Shown: piece after piece, positions 50,978 to 63,894 of the stretch
Numbering within the stretch: the first letter of the stretch is position 1
Layout of the letters: the number at the start of each line of letters is the position of its first letter
NCBI RefSeq assembly: GCF_006345805.1
Contig: NC_043001.1
Span: forward strand, 48,980,001-49,044,000
Direction: 5' to 3'
Source: Octopus sinensis
Lineage: Eukaryota
Length of the DNA: 64,000 bases
The notes under the pieces: generated by a model
What the model was told of the DNA's origin: nothing
What the model saw: the letters and a program-made list of their open reading frames with translations, nothing else
Databases searched by the model: none
Translations under genes and position numbers: made by a program

Positions 50978-51200
50978 ATGTATGTATGTATGTATGTATG
51001 TATGTATGTATGTATGTATGTATGCATGCATGTATGTATGTATGTATGTATGTATGTATGTATGTATGTATGTATGTATGTATGTATGCATGCATGTATG
51101 TATGTATGTATGTATGTATGTATGTATGTATGTATGTATGTATGCATGCATGTATACATGTATGCATGTATGCATGCATGCATGCATGTATGTATGTATG
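50940..51200. repeat. (TATG)n microsatellite
   Basis: About 260 bp of TATG with CATG variants. Confidence 0.95.
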
Positions 51201-51443
51201 TGGTTGTGTGTGTTTGCGTATGTGAGTGTCCGTGTTTGTGTGTGTTTGCGTATGTGAGTGTCCGTGTTTGTGTGTATTGCTATATCATAATGTTTCGGAA
51301 TGGTCATTTTTTTTGCCAAATAAATACATGCACTATTATATATATGTGTGTATATGTGTATATATACGTTTTATTTATTATTTTGCACATTACTTAATCA
51401 TAGTTATATATTTTATCTTGTATTTAATCTTTGTATAATATGT

Positions 51444-51513
51444 AATTTTTTCTAAATGGTATAATTTAATTTTTCATTATTGAATTGATAAAAGGTGGGG
51501 TTTTTTTCTAATT

Positions 51514-51591
<78 letters not shown>

Positions 51592-51682
51592 ATATATATA
51601 TATATATATATAAATTAGAAAAAAAACCCCACCTTTTATCAATTCAATAATGAAAAATTAAATTATACCATTTAGAAAAATT
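51444..51682. repeat. ~240-bp palindrome centred on (TA)n
   Basis: 51444-51514 is inverted at 51612-51682, differing only in homopolymer lengths. Confidence 0.9.
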
Positions 51683-51711
51683 ATATATATATATATAATT
51701 ATATATATATA

Positions 51712-54700
51712 TTCCCTCTCCATCCGTCCCCCCCCCCTTTCTACGTTTCTCTATCTCTCTCACCTCCAGCCCCCTCGATCTGTCTCTTTCTTCTCCTCCC
51801 TCGTCCACCTTCTCTCCCTTTTCATCTGTCCCTTTCTTTCTCCTGTCTTTTGTTCTCACGTGACAGCTAGCCGCTGTTGAGCGCTCTTTTCGTTTTCACA
51901 GCAGCCTCAGAAGCAACACGGATTTGTTCGTCTCCCCGTGGCCTTTAGGCACAACTTCACAAGCCAGCCCCTACTCAAATCGTCCTGTCGAAAGACCCTT
52001 GTCCTACGTCCTGTTTTTGTTTTTTTTGTTTATTTTTTATTTTTACCGTTATTGTTTTTACGTTTTTGTATTCTTATTGGTGTCACGTATTCTGTATTTT
52101 TGTTTGTGTACTTCGATCGTTTTCCGTCCTTTCGTTGTATACATTCGAAGCTTTCTTCCAGGGGATCTAATGCGCTTGGCTTAGATTTCCCTTGGCGGGC
52201 TGGCCATATCGGAGCAATCTCAAGATTAATCAGCCGAAATTGCTAAGATGATCTGGTTCTTGACTGATGACTGAGGGCTTCGAATGTCCCGTCCTGTGTT
52301 CTTGTGTCGTCTCTGTGGTGTGTTCATGTTCTTGTCCATGTCTGTATTTAATTTTACGTTTACCTATATAATCGGCGGCTACGTATCCACAATTGTCCTT
52401 ATACGATAAGTATATTTTTTTCTCAAGCTTTGATACGACTCTTATCTGTCTTTTTTCTCATCTCTCCCTCCTCCCTTATTCCATTCCGTTCTTTCCCTCT
52501 CCATCCGCCCCCCCCCCTTTCTACGTTTCTCTATCTCTCTCACCTCCAGCCCCCTCGATCTGTCTCTTTCTTCTCCTCCCTCGTCCACCTTCTCTCCCTT
52601 TTCATCTTCCCTTTCTCTTCTCCTGTCTTTTGTTCTCACGTGACAGCTAGCCGCTGTTGAGCGCTCTTTTCGTTTTCAGCAGCCTCAGAAGCAACACGGA
52701 TTTGTTCGTCTCCCCTGGCCTTTAGGCACAACTTCACAAGCCACCCCTACTCAAATCGTCCTGTCGAAAGACCCTTGTCCTACGTCCTGGTTTTGTTTTG
52801 TTGTTTATTTTTTATTTTTACCGTTATTGTTTTTACGTTTTTGTATTCTTATTGGTGTCACGTATTCTGTATTTTTGTTTGTGTACTCGATCGTTTTCCG
52901 TCCTTTCGTTGTATACATTCGAAGCTTTCTTCCAGGGGATCTAATGCGCTTGGCTTAGATTTCCCTTGGCGGGCTGGCCATATCGGAGCAATCTCAAGAT
53001 AATCAGCCGAAATTGCTAAGATGATCTGGTTCTTGACTGATGACTGAGGGCTTCGAATGTCCCGTCCTGTGGTTCTTGTGTCGTCTCTGTGGTGTTTCAT
53101 GTTCTTGTCCATGTCTGTATTTAATTTTACTGTTTACCTATAAATCGGCGGCTACGTATCCACAATTGTCCTTATACGATAAGTATATTTTTTTCTCAAG
53201 CTTTGATACGACTCTTAACTGTCTCTTTTCTCTCTCTCTCTCCCTCCTCCCTTATTCCATTCCGTTCTCTTCCTCTCCATCCGTCCCCCCCCCTTTCTAC
53301 GTTTCTCTATCTCTCTCACCTCCAGCCCCCTCGATCTGTCTCTTTCTTCTCCTCCCTCGTCCACCTTCTCTCCCTTTTCATCTGTCCCTTTCTCCTGTCT
53401 TTTGTTCTCACGTGACAGCTAGCCGCTGTTGAGCGCTCTTTTCGTTTTCAGCAGCCTCAGAAGCACACGGATTTGTTCGTCTCCCTCCCGTGGCCTTTAG
53501 GCACAACTTCACAAGCCAGCCCCTACTCAAATCGTCCTGTCGAAAGACCCTTGTCCTACGTCCTGGTTTTGTTTTGTTGTTTATTTTTTATTTTTACCGT
53601 TATTGTTTTTTACGTTTTTGTATTCTTATTGGTGTCACGTATTCTTCTGTATTTTTGTTTGTGTACTTCGATCGTTTTCCTCCTTTCGTTGTATACATTC
53701 GAAGCTTCTTCCACAGGGATCTAATGCGCTTGGCTTAGATTTCCCTTGGCGGGCTGGCCATATCGGAGCAATCTCAAGATTAATCAGCCGAAATTGCTAA
53801 GATGATCTGGTTCTTGACTGATGACTGAGGGCTTCGAATGTCCCGTCCTGTGGTTCTTGTGTCGTCTCTGTGGTGTTTCATGTTCTTTCTTGTCCTTCTG
53901 TATTTAATTTTACTGTTTACCTATATAATCGGCGGCTACGTATTCCACAATTGTCCTTATACGATAAGTATATTTTTTTCTCAAGCTTTGATACGACTCT
54001 TAATCTGTCTCTTTTCTCTCTCTCCCTCCTCCCTTATTCCATTCCGTTCTTTCCCTCTCCATCCGTCCCCCCCCCCTTTCTACGTTTCTCTATCTCTCTC
54101 ACCTCCACCCCTCGATCTGTCTCTTTCCTTCATCTCTTTCTCTCTTTCTCCTTCTCCGCCCTCGTCCACCTTCTCTCCCTTTTCATCTGTCCCTTTCTCT
54201 GTCTTTTGTTCTCACGTGACAGCTAGCCGCTGTTGAGCGCTCTTTTCGTTTTCAGCAGCCTCAGAAGCAACCACGGATTGTTCGTCTCCCCGTGGCCTTT
54301 AGGCACAACTTCACAAGCCAGCCCCTACTCAAATCGTCCTGTCGAAAGACCCTTGTCCTACGTCCTGGTTTTGTTTTGTTGTTTATTTTTTATTTTTACC
54401 GTTATTGTTTTTACGTTTTTGTATTCTTATTGGTGTCACGTTTCTGTATTTTTGTTTGTGTACTTCGATCGTTTTCCGTCCTTTCGTTGTATACATTCGA
54501 AGCTTTCTTCCAGGGGATCTAATGCGCTTGGCTTAGATTTCCCTTGGCGGGCTGGCCATATCGGAGCCATCTCATTAATCAGCCGAAATTGCTAAGATGA
54601 TCTGGTTCTTGACTGATGACTGAGGCTTCGAATGTCCCGTCCCTGGTGTTCTTGTGTCGTCTCTGTGGTGTTTCATGTTCTTGTCCATGTCTGTATTTAA

Positions 54701-55487
54701 TTTTACTGTTTACCTATATAATCGGCGGCTACGTATCCACAATTGTCCTTATACGATAAGTTATTTTTTTCTCAAGCTTTGATACGACTCTTAATCTGTC
54801 TCTTTTTCTCTCTCCCTCCTCCCTTATTCCATTCCGTTCTTTCCCTCTCCATCCGTCCCCCCCCCCTTCTACGTTTCTCTCTATCTCTCTCACCTCCACC
54901 CCCTCGATCTGTCTCTTTCTTCTCCTCCTCGTCCACCTTCTCTCCCTTTTCATCTGTCCCTTTCTCCTGTCTTTTGTTCTCACGTGACGCTAGCCGCTGT
55001 TGAGCGCTCTTTTCGTTTTCAGCAGCCTCAGAAGCAAACGGATTTGTTCGTCTCCCCGTGGCTTTAGGCACACTTTCACAAGCCAGCCCCTACTCAAATC
55101 GTCCTGTCGAAAGAACCTTGTCCTACGTCCTGGTTTTGTTTGGTTGTTTATTTTTTATTTTTACCGTTATTGTTTTTACGTTTTTGTATTCTTATTGGTG
55201 TCACGTATTCTGTATTTTTGTTTGTGTACTTCGATCGTTTTCCGTCCTTTCGTTGTATACATTCGAAGCTTTCTTCCAGGGGATCTAATGCGCTTGGCTT
55301 AGATTTCCCTTGGCGGCTGGCCATATCGGAGCAATCTCAAGATTAATCAGCCGAATTGCTAAGATGATCTGGTTCTTGACTGATGACTGAGGGCTTCGAA
55401 TGTCCCGTCCTGTGGTTCTTGTGTCGTCTCTGTGGTGTTTCATGTTCTTGTCCATGTCTGTATTTAATTTTACTGTTTACCTATATA
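51712..55487 (+). repeat. Head-to-tail array, ~4.8 copies of a ~775-bp unit
   Basis: CAGCAGCCTCAGAAGC recurs at about 51900, 52677, 53448, 54253 and 55020; copies differ mostly by small indels. Confidence 0.95.
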
Positions 55488-55858
55488 TAATTATATATAT
55501 ATATATATAAACAAAGTAAAGTTGTAAGGAACCGCACGAGTGAAAATATATATGAACGAAGGTTTGAAAATGCAACGGTCTTTTAGCGATGTTTATTGAC
55601 TTGATCGGTTTCACTTTTTTTTAGAAAAAGATTATCAAAAGTAAAATGTAAAGCTTTGTATAAGCTTTGTTGTGTTAAAAAATGGTTAGCATAAAAGTAT
55701 TAAAATATAGTCATACAGTCTTTGATCATGATAAGAAAATGTTAAAAACAGTTTGCATGAAAGTATTCAAGAAAGGGAACATAGTAAGTATTTTGAGTTC
55801 AATAAAAATCATATTTGTGTGGTAGTAGATATAATATATATATATATATAATATATAA

Positions 55859-55908
<50 letters not shown>

Positions 55909-56139
55909 AGAAGGGGATATATTTAAGAATTTACAAAAAATTGAAGTGGAATAACTGACCTGTCTGTCTGACATTTTCTGTCTTGTGTGTAGCTAAGGAA
56001 TGTTTGATTTTTAAGGAATAGTGTGGGAGGTTGTTTGGGCGGGGAAGGGCAATGTGGAATCAAAAGGATTTTTTTGTTTCTGGACTGGTCTGTCATAGTT
56101 CAGTGGTTTTGGGGACTGGTCTCAGCGGTCAGAATGGTG

Positions 56140-56960
56140 TGAGTGTGTGTGTGTGTCTGTGCACGTCTCATATGTGTGTGTGTGTATATATATATGTGCT
56201 TGTGTTTGTGTGTGTGGGCCATTTTTGATCGGTTTCAGTGTTTAGTGTGGTGTGTGTATGGGTCTGTGTATATTTAGCAGGATGGTGTGTGTATATGTGT
56301 GCACGTTTGTGTGTGATTTGTATTTGTCAGGGTGTTGTGTGTGCGCATGTGTGTGTATGTGTTTGTTCGCATGTATGTGTGCGTCTGTGTGTGTGCGTAT
56401 GTATGTTTATGTGTGTTTTGTGCTGGTGGAGATGTTACATGTGTGTACGTGAGTGTGTGTGCCTCTGTCTGAATATGTTTGTGTTGTTTTAATTGTCCTG
56501 GTGGTGGTGGTGGTGTGTGTGAGAGAGTAACCGTATGTGTGTGTGAGGGTGCATATGTATGTGTGTGTGTATGTGTGTGTGTATGTGTGTGTGGGTGTGT
56601 TGTATTTATCAGGAGTTTTGTGTGCGTACATGTGTGTTGCATTTATCCGAGTGGTGTGTATGTGTGTGCGTGTACGTTCTGTGCATGTTGGTAATGGGTA
56701 TGCGTTTGTTTGTGTGTGTGTATGTGGGTGTGGTTTATGTAGTTTCCGGTTGTGTGTGCACATGTGTTTGTGTGTGTATGTATATATGTGCGTATATATG
56801 CATGTGTGGGGTTGTGTTGTATTAACTTGTTTGTGTGTGTATCTGTGTATGTGTGGGTGTGTTGGTGTGAGTGTGATTTGTAATTGTCAGGGTGGTGTGT
56901 GTAAATGTGTGTATGTAGTGTTCACGTATGTGTGTATGTGCGTGCGTGTGAGTGATGGTT
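56140..56960. repeat. Degenerate (GT)n-rich tract
   Basis: About 800 bp of interrupted GT/ATGT; a CA-rich counterpart lies at ~58020-58280. Confidence 0.85.
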
Positions 56961-56974
56961 ATGATTGGGGTACG

Positions 56975-57970
56975 TTAGAGTATGTTGAGTTGTGGTCTGT
57001 ATTTTTGAATAAGATCATTTTCCCTATTTATTCGTGTTTGGTCAGTGGTGTTGTCTGGCCATTGGTATAGTGGGAAAACTAGGAATTTGGGGGACTTGTT
57101 TTGTGCATAAAGATCTAAGTGAACACTAAGTAGTATCTGTCTTGTGGAGGGGTCCCTTAATTGTTCACGGTGGGCTGTCGTCCTTCTCTGAGGGTAAGAC
57201 TCGTTTGCCCTACGTGAGTTTTGTGGCATCCTTCACACCTTATAGCATAAAGTAAATTCTTTAATGCGCAGGTGAAGTTATTTTTTACGACAAAAGTGTG
57301 TCCCGACTGGAATTTGTATATTGTTCCTTCAATGAGGTGGATGCAAGTCCTGCAGTTAGATCGACCGCATATTTTGGGTGGTGGGTTTGTGTTGGATAAT
57401 TTTGCATTGGTGAGTAGGTTTCTTAAGGATTTGGGTTGTCTCTTGCTTTTTATTATTTTATGGGTTTCGAGTGCCTTTTTTAGAGTGGGTCTTGACTCAG
57501 TAGTAGGATGTTCTTGTATATAATTGTGTAAGCTTCTGCATTTCTTGGATTGTGTGTTGAGAGATATGGGAGAATATTTAATGTACCTTGAGTGTGTTTC
57601 AGTTTTCCTAAGTCTTGGGTATCGATTGTCTTGGCTCATTCTATTCCATTGTCAACTAATGGTGCTGGATAATGTCTTTCGAGAAGAAGTGCCTTTAGTT
57701 CTTGGAGTCTTTTATTTCGCGTCCTATAATTTGAGACAATTGTACAGATTCTTCTCGCTAGGTTGAAGGGGATGTTTGTCTTCGTGTGCTTTGGGTGATT
57801 GGAGGTGAACAGGAGGTATTGTTTGGAATCAGTTGATTTGTAGTGGATATCAGTTTTAATGTTGGTACCTTTTTTTTTATATAACAAGAATGTCAAGAAA
57901 AGGAAGTTGGTTTTGACTATATTGACTATATTTTGACTATATTGTAAATTGGATATGGTTGTTGACACTG
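56975..57970 (-). mobile_element. Penelope-like element: RT thumb plus GIY-YIG endonuclease, frameshifted
   Basis: KTDIHYKSTDSKQYLLFTSNHPKHTKTNIPFNLARRI; CGRSNCRTC..NNFTC..LLYAIRCEGC..HVGQT; ENDLIQKYRPQLN. Confidence 0.85.
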
Positions 57971-58834
57971 TCGATTAAATTTTTGAAATCATTGAGTTGG
58001 TCAAGTGTGTGGGACCCCCCACGCATATATACCCACATATGTACACACACACACACAAACACAATATGCCCGTTCCCCAGTAAAAAATCACACACACACA
58101 CTCAAAGAAAAAACACACATATATATACACGCAATACAAGCTCAACAATCACAGCAAACAATCAGAAACACACAGACATTACGCACACACACATACACAC
58201 TAGCATGCACACACACACACACACACACACACACAATAACACACACCAAGATACATAGACACACTCACATGTACACACACAAACGTACTCCCATCAGCAG
58301 CCCGGCTATTTGCATGTTTAGGATCTACAATACCGAATGAATCCACTGGCCGTCCGATACACTTTGCTACGCAAGATGCAGGAGAGACCACACTAGATAT
58401 CATATTAGTAGACGGTCGATGATCCTACTTTGATATATCCATTCGTTTTTGATATGATGTACCACCTCATTAATTCTGGGACATGACAACGTTTTCTTCT
58501 TGTTTGTTTGTGGTTGTGTCATTCTGCCTTTGAGAAGCAGATATGACCACACTGGTCACACGGAGACTCTTTTGTGCCCTTCTCAAGGAGAGTGTCCACA
58601 TCATTCATATATTTACCAACATGTTTCAGTTGAGTAACGCAACCCTGTTGTTCTCGAATTCTTTGACACCAACAGTGATCAGATACCTACATTGCTTTCT
58701 ATCTTACGTAAGATCTTCCAAGGTGTTAGTATCAGTATTGAGTCTTTTAAGTGTGTGTGTTTAAGACTGTCTTTGAAACACTTGCGTGGTTTGTGATGGA
58801 GACGTTTTCCTTGCTCCTGCTCACCATACAACCG

Positions 58835-59068
58835 GACAAGCTGGCAGAAACGTTAGCACGCCGGGCGAAATGCTTAGCGGTATTTCGTCTGCCGTGCCGT
58901 TACGTTCTAAGTTCAAATTCCTCCGAGGTACACTTTGCCTTTCATCCTTTCGGGGTCGATAAATTAAGCACCAGTTACGAACTGGGGTCGATGTAATCGA
59001 CTTAATCCTTTGTCTGTCCTTATTCGTCCACTCTATGTTTAGCCCCTTGTGGGCAATAAAGAAATAAG
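58835..59068 (+). mobile_element. SINE family B
   Basis: AAGCTGGCAGAAACGTTAGCACGCCGGGCG...CCCCTTGTGGGCAATAAAGAAATAAG. Confidence 0.85.
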
Positions 59069-59554
59069 ATGACCAGATCATCTAAGACGGTGTTTCATAA
59101 TAGGGGACTCGATCCACGACATATGCAACACCCCAATACATACATATACGCACACACATTCACACGCACTCACATGCACACACACGTATATATACACATA
59201 CACACATACAGAGAGAAACATACACTCACATGTTATATAGAAACGTATATGTACGTGACGGAAATCAACTCGTAACCGACCCATTACACTGTGTGTTAGG
59301 GTGTGTGCGTTTGTGTGTGTGTGTATGAGTGTGTGTGTGTGCGGCGAGTGTGTTTGTGTGCATATTTATGTATAACAACATACTAAGCAGAAATTTCGAA
59401 ATCAGTATCAACCTTTTCCAAAAACAAATATATATATATGTGGAATCCGATAGTGTTGATAGCCCAGTATTCGAGTCGAGAGCTTCTCTGGAAGTACCCT
59501 AACTTTACATTGTATCAGGACCTTAGACTCTTGCTCTATAGTGAATATATATAT

Positions 59555-60420
59555 ATATATATATACTTATACACACACAATGTATGCATGTATATATATA
59601 TATATATATATATATTAAGGTATGTAGAAAAATACAACATGGACAAGAACGTATAACTCTTAGAAGACGATACAATAAACACGGACAGGACATTCGAAAC
59701 ATATATATGTATGTATGTATTTACAAGTATGTGTGTATGTATACATACATATAGTATAATACATCTATGTAATATATATAATGAGTAGAGGTCTATGGCT
59801 TAGTGGTTAGGGTGCTGGACTCATGATCATAAGATTGTGATTTCGACTCCTGTCCTGTACCGGGCGATATGTTGTGTTCTTCAGCAAAACACTTCATTTC
59901 ACACTGCGCTAGTCCACTCAGCTGGTAAAATGAGTAATCCTGCGATGTCTATATATATACATATACATATATATATATATAATTATATATATATATATAT
60001 ACTTATACACACACAATGTATGCATGTATATATATATATATATATATATATTAAGGTATGTAGAAAAATACAACATGGACAAGAACGTATAACTCTTAGA
60101 AGACGATACAATAAACACGGACAGGACATTCGAAACATATATATGTATGTATGTATTTACAAGTATGTGTGTATGTATACATACATATAGTATAATACAT
60201 CTATGTAATATATATAATGAGTAGAGGTCTATGGCTTAGTGGTTAGGGTGCTGGACTCATGATCATAAGATTGTGATTTCGACTCCTGTCCTGTACCGGG
60301 CGATATGTTGTGTTCTTCAGCAAAACACTTCATTTCACACTGCGCAGTCCACTCAGCTGGTTAAAATGAGTAATCCTGCGATGTCTATATATATACATAT
60401 ACATATATATATATATATAT
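59555..60420 (+). repeat. Near-identical 436-bp tandem duplication (includes a family C SINE head)
   Basis: ACTTATACACACACAATG at 59565 and 60001; both junctions lie in (TA)n. Confidence 0.9.
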
Positions 60421-60455
60421 ATATAATATATATATTATATATATATATATATATC

Positions 60456-60534
<79 letters not shown>

Positions 60535-60748
60535 TGGGGAGTGATTTCCCTTAAGTCTTCTATCTTACATAATATAAGTTTCCAAAATAAAATCCACACT
60601 AGTGTAATGACAATATTATAGAACAAAAGGCCAAGGACGAGAAGCAAATAAACATTAAACAGAGAGATCAGAATCCAGCAATACGGTAGTAGCGGTGTGA
60701 ACGAACGGCGTTAGTTAAAATCTTCCATGCTGGACAGTTGAAGTTTGA

Positions 60749-60762
60749 GTAACCATAGCAAC
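60749..60762. promoter_or_regulatory. RFX X-box-like motif
   Basis: GTAACCATAGCAAC in a CpG-containing unique stretch. Confidence 0.35.
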
Positions 60763-61619
60763 AACGCAACTCGGTAAACAACATTTTCGGCTTAGTTGTT
60801 GTTTGTTGTATTATTCCCAACTAGTCAAAGTATTAGGTATTTTGGGATCTGCTGGAATATGAATATCAATATCGATTACGAAATAGGCTTGAAAGGGAAT
60901 TATTTAGGCTGCATTTGACGGTGTGCGTGAGTGAGTGAACAACCGAGCCAGCTTGTGTAAAACAACAATAACAATAACAATAACCACCTAGTCGCAAATA
61001 CAAAATCTCCAACATAAAAAAAAAAGAAACCAAACCAAAACAACCTGTTCCCTAACAAAAAAAAAAACCAAACAAACAAAGAAACTAACAAAAAATAAAC
61101 AATTTTTTTCACCTGTTTGTTGGTCCTAAAAGGAATTCATTTTCCGGACATCGAAATAATGATTTCTAGTACTCACTAGAAAACTTTCGTACTTGGCAAC
61201 GACTTTGGTTGAGGTGTGATGCCACCTTACCCAAGATGTTGTTCTTCTAATTAAGAATATTCGAACCTTCTTCAGTGAAGTCAACGCTTTTATTTTAATA
61301 TCGACCCGGCTGTATTTTCTTTATTCTTCTTTTAATTTGTATTCCAATATTTCGATCGATATATACATATATATTTTAGATTTCTAATCTTTTAAAAATA
61401 ATTATTAATATTATTATTGTATGTACATGGAGACATGGCTGCCCTTAAGTCCACATGAGAAAACAAAAACAAAGACCAAAAAAAAAAAAAAGCCTGAAAT
61501 ATCAGGTATACTTTAGTGTTTGGAGAATCTCAGATTAACGAAATTTTGAAGGGTTTTTGGTAAACAGTTTGTAGCATATTAATTTCTGAACAGTACTTCC
61601 TTCATACTGCAAGAGAGCG

Positions 61620-61695
<76 letters not shown>

Positions 61696-61810
61696 GATGC
61701 TGAATGCGAGAGAGGTGTGAGTTAAAGAGAAAGAAAAGAGAAATAAAGACAGACAGGTAGACAGACAGACAAATAGAGACAGTGGGACACACACACACAC
61801 ACATACGAGA

Positions 61811-61882
61811 ATGTTATTCTGGTTGATGATTACGCTGCTGATATTCGTGTTTATGTTCTTTTTCTGTAACTTATTAAAAAAG
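61811..61882 (+). CDS. Possible hydrophobic ATG exon (MLFWLMITLLIFVFMFFFCNLLKK)
   Basis: 24 open codons ending in a consensus AAG|GTAAGT donor; no homology recognised. Confidence 0.25.
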
Positions 61883-61949
61883 GTAAGTTTTGCTTTACTT
61901 TATTTAGATACTGGTGTTCTCAGTGAATCAGGAATGTTGCTATTGTTGC

Positions 61950-62088
61950 ACTAGCGTAGCTATAACGTCTGCCACCCGGGGCGGCCCTTCCGTTTGTCGC
62001 CCCACAAAAAACATATTACCTACAGTAGACTCAAAAGTACCACTCGGGGCGAACCATCCCTAGGCACCCCCTCCCCAGCTACGCTGGT
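61950..62088. mobile_element. Short MITE (Harbinger-like termini)
   Basis: ACTAGCGTAGCT / AGCTACGCTGGT. Confidence 0.45.
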
Positions 62089-62599
62089 GTATTATTGTTG
62101 TTTAGCTCTTGGTCAGCCCTGATCAAGAAGACCTATGACCAAATGTGTCCGGTTAATATATTACACAGGTTAACTATATATTAACCAATGCATACGAAAA
62201 TGTTAGTCCCACCCCGCTAGAAATAGGAAGAAAGAAGCAAAAATAGACTCACCTTATCGTTCCTAGTATGTAGTACCTGATCCAAAACTTTATAACTTTC
62301 GCTACTCTAAATTTACTCATATGATTCGTTATTTAATCTGAGAATGCTGTTTCTTGCTGAAAGAAGGGGATGATATTAACAAGAAATGCATCAAGTAGGA
62401 GTATGCAAAACTTTATAAGCAACACAGAAATTTACTAATAATGAGTGGAGGGCCTCTCTCGGCAAGAACATATTCTTGCTCTTTTTTAATAGTGTTGTAT
62501 ATACTTTGAATAGTTCATTGTTTGAGTTAGCTCATATTGTGTAAGATTCAACGTATCAATTAAATTTGTGGTTGGTGCTATTGCACTCCAGGCTGGTCA

Positions 62600-63420
62600 T
62601 TAAAAACCTCTAGGAAGGCATGTGCATAACATACTTTCCTTCATATTCGTCGCCCGTATATACTGACATGGTTCTTTCACATGGGATGCCCCTGGAAAAC
62701 TGCAATTTCTGCAGTAGTGGCTCGTACAGATGGGGCGAGAGGAAACATCCTTGACGGAACGAACGCATGACACTGAACAGTTCCAATAGGTGACCTTTAC
62801 TCTGACTACCGAGCATACTACTGTACATGACAACGATTCAGCCTCAGAAGACGAGCCCAAATCCAACCGCCTGTAAGGACAGCCTTCAAGTATTGTTCAA
62901 CCTAATCGAAAGCTTTCTTTTGATCTAAATTTATATCCATGCCAAGTTCCTAACACAATCCTTTTTGTTGTATCGCGTAGGGTGGCTGTCGGAGTTAGAT
63001 CTCTTTGGTATGGTGCATGTCTGAACATTGCCGACCAGAGTATCGATGAAAAGCGCCAACTTCTAGGCTGACACGTTGTCGTAAAATTTGGGCTTTGCAT
63101 TTAGCAGAGATTATAATAAGAGATATGGGCCTAAAATTATCAAAAATCACTCCTCTTGTTTGGGTCCGTTCTCAGCAGCATTAACACGCCTCTTTTCACA
63201 GGACTGATAATTCTCTCGTTCTGCTGCTTGTTGCAATAAGCATCAGAAGTCTGGCGTATGACGATAAAACTCATTGGACAGACCATCCAGACATTTTCCC
63301 CCGTGCAGCCAGCCATAGCTTCTTATTTTTCAATTATTATTGGCTTTTTACTGAACTCCACATCACTAGTTGAAAAAACCGAGGCCACGACGCTGGGTTT
63401 TCTAATGTCATGTGGAAATC
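62600..63420 (-). mobile_element. L1/Tx1-like LINE RT remnant
   Basis: FSVMRSFRQGCFLSPHLYEPLLQKL (62610-62828) resembles the RQGCPLSP motif; multiple stops and frameshifts. Confidence 0.6.
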
Positions 63421-63761
63421 CCTCTCATATTCATGTGCTTCTCGATTGGTAACTTTAAGTCACCACTGACTTTCACTGTACATTTATTGAAAGCCTTCTC
63501 ACTGTCTCTATGTCTTCACTTCGCCGAGTACGATTGTAGGTCTTTATTTTGTGCTGTTTTGTGTTTTGTTCCTTTTTTCTTTTATTTTTCATTTTTGCCC
63601 TTCCCGTCCCCTCACTCCACCACAAAAGGCTGGTTGTATGATCGAAAAACCCCGACTCGGACATGGAAAAGTATATGTTTCCTTCTCTGCGTATGTCTTT
63701 ATACATGTAGGAAGAGAGAGAAATAGAGAAATAGGGGAAAGCAGAGATAGATAGATAGATC

Positions 63762-63823
<62 letters not shown>

Positions 63824-63838
63824 GAGAAAGAGAAAGAT

Positions 63839-63894
<56 letters not shown>

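Noticed and set aside
50821-51397. Many ORFs of YIYI, HTHT, CVCV and MYVC type here and across the window
   Set aside because: Translations of microsatellites.
51712-55487. Regular array as a CRISPR, rDNA or snRNA cluster
   Set aside because: No unique spacers or cas genes and eukaryotic context; no 5S, U2 or other snRNA identity beyond a short GCTAAGAT resemblance.
61231-62320. Phase-compatible minus-strand two-exon model (62320-62253, 61309-61231)
   Set aside because: Second acceptor has a purine-rich upstream tract and the peptide is unrecognisable.
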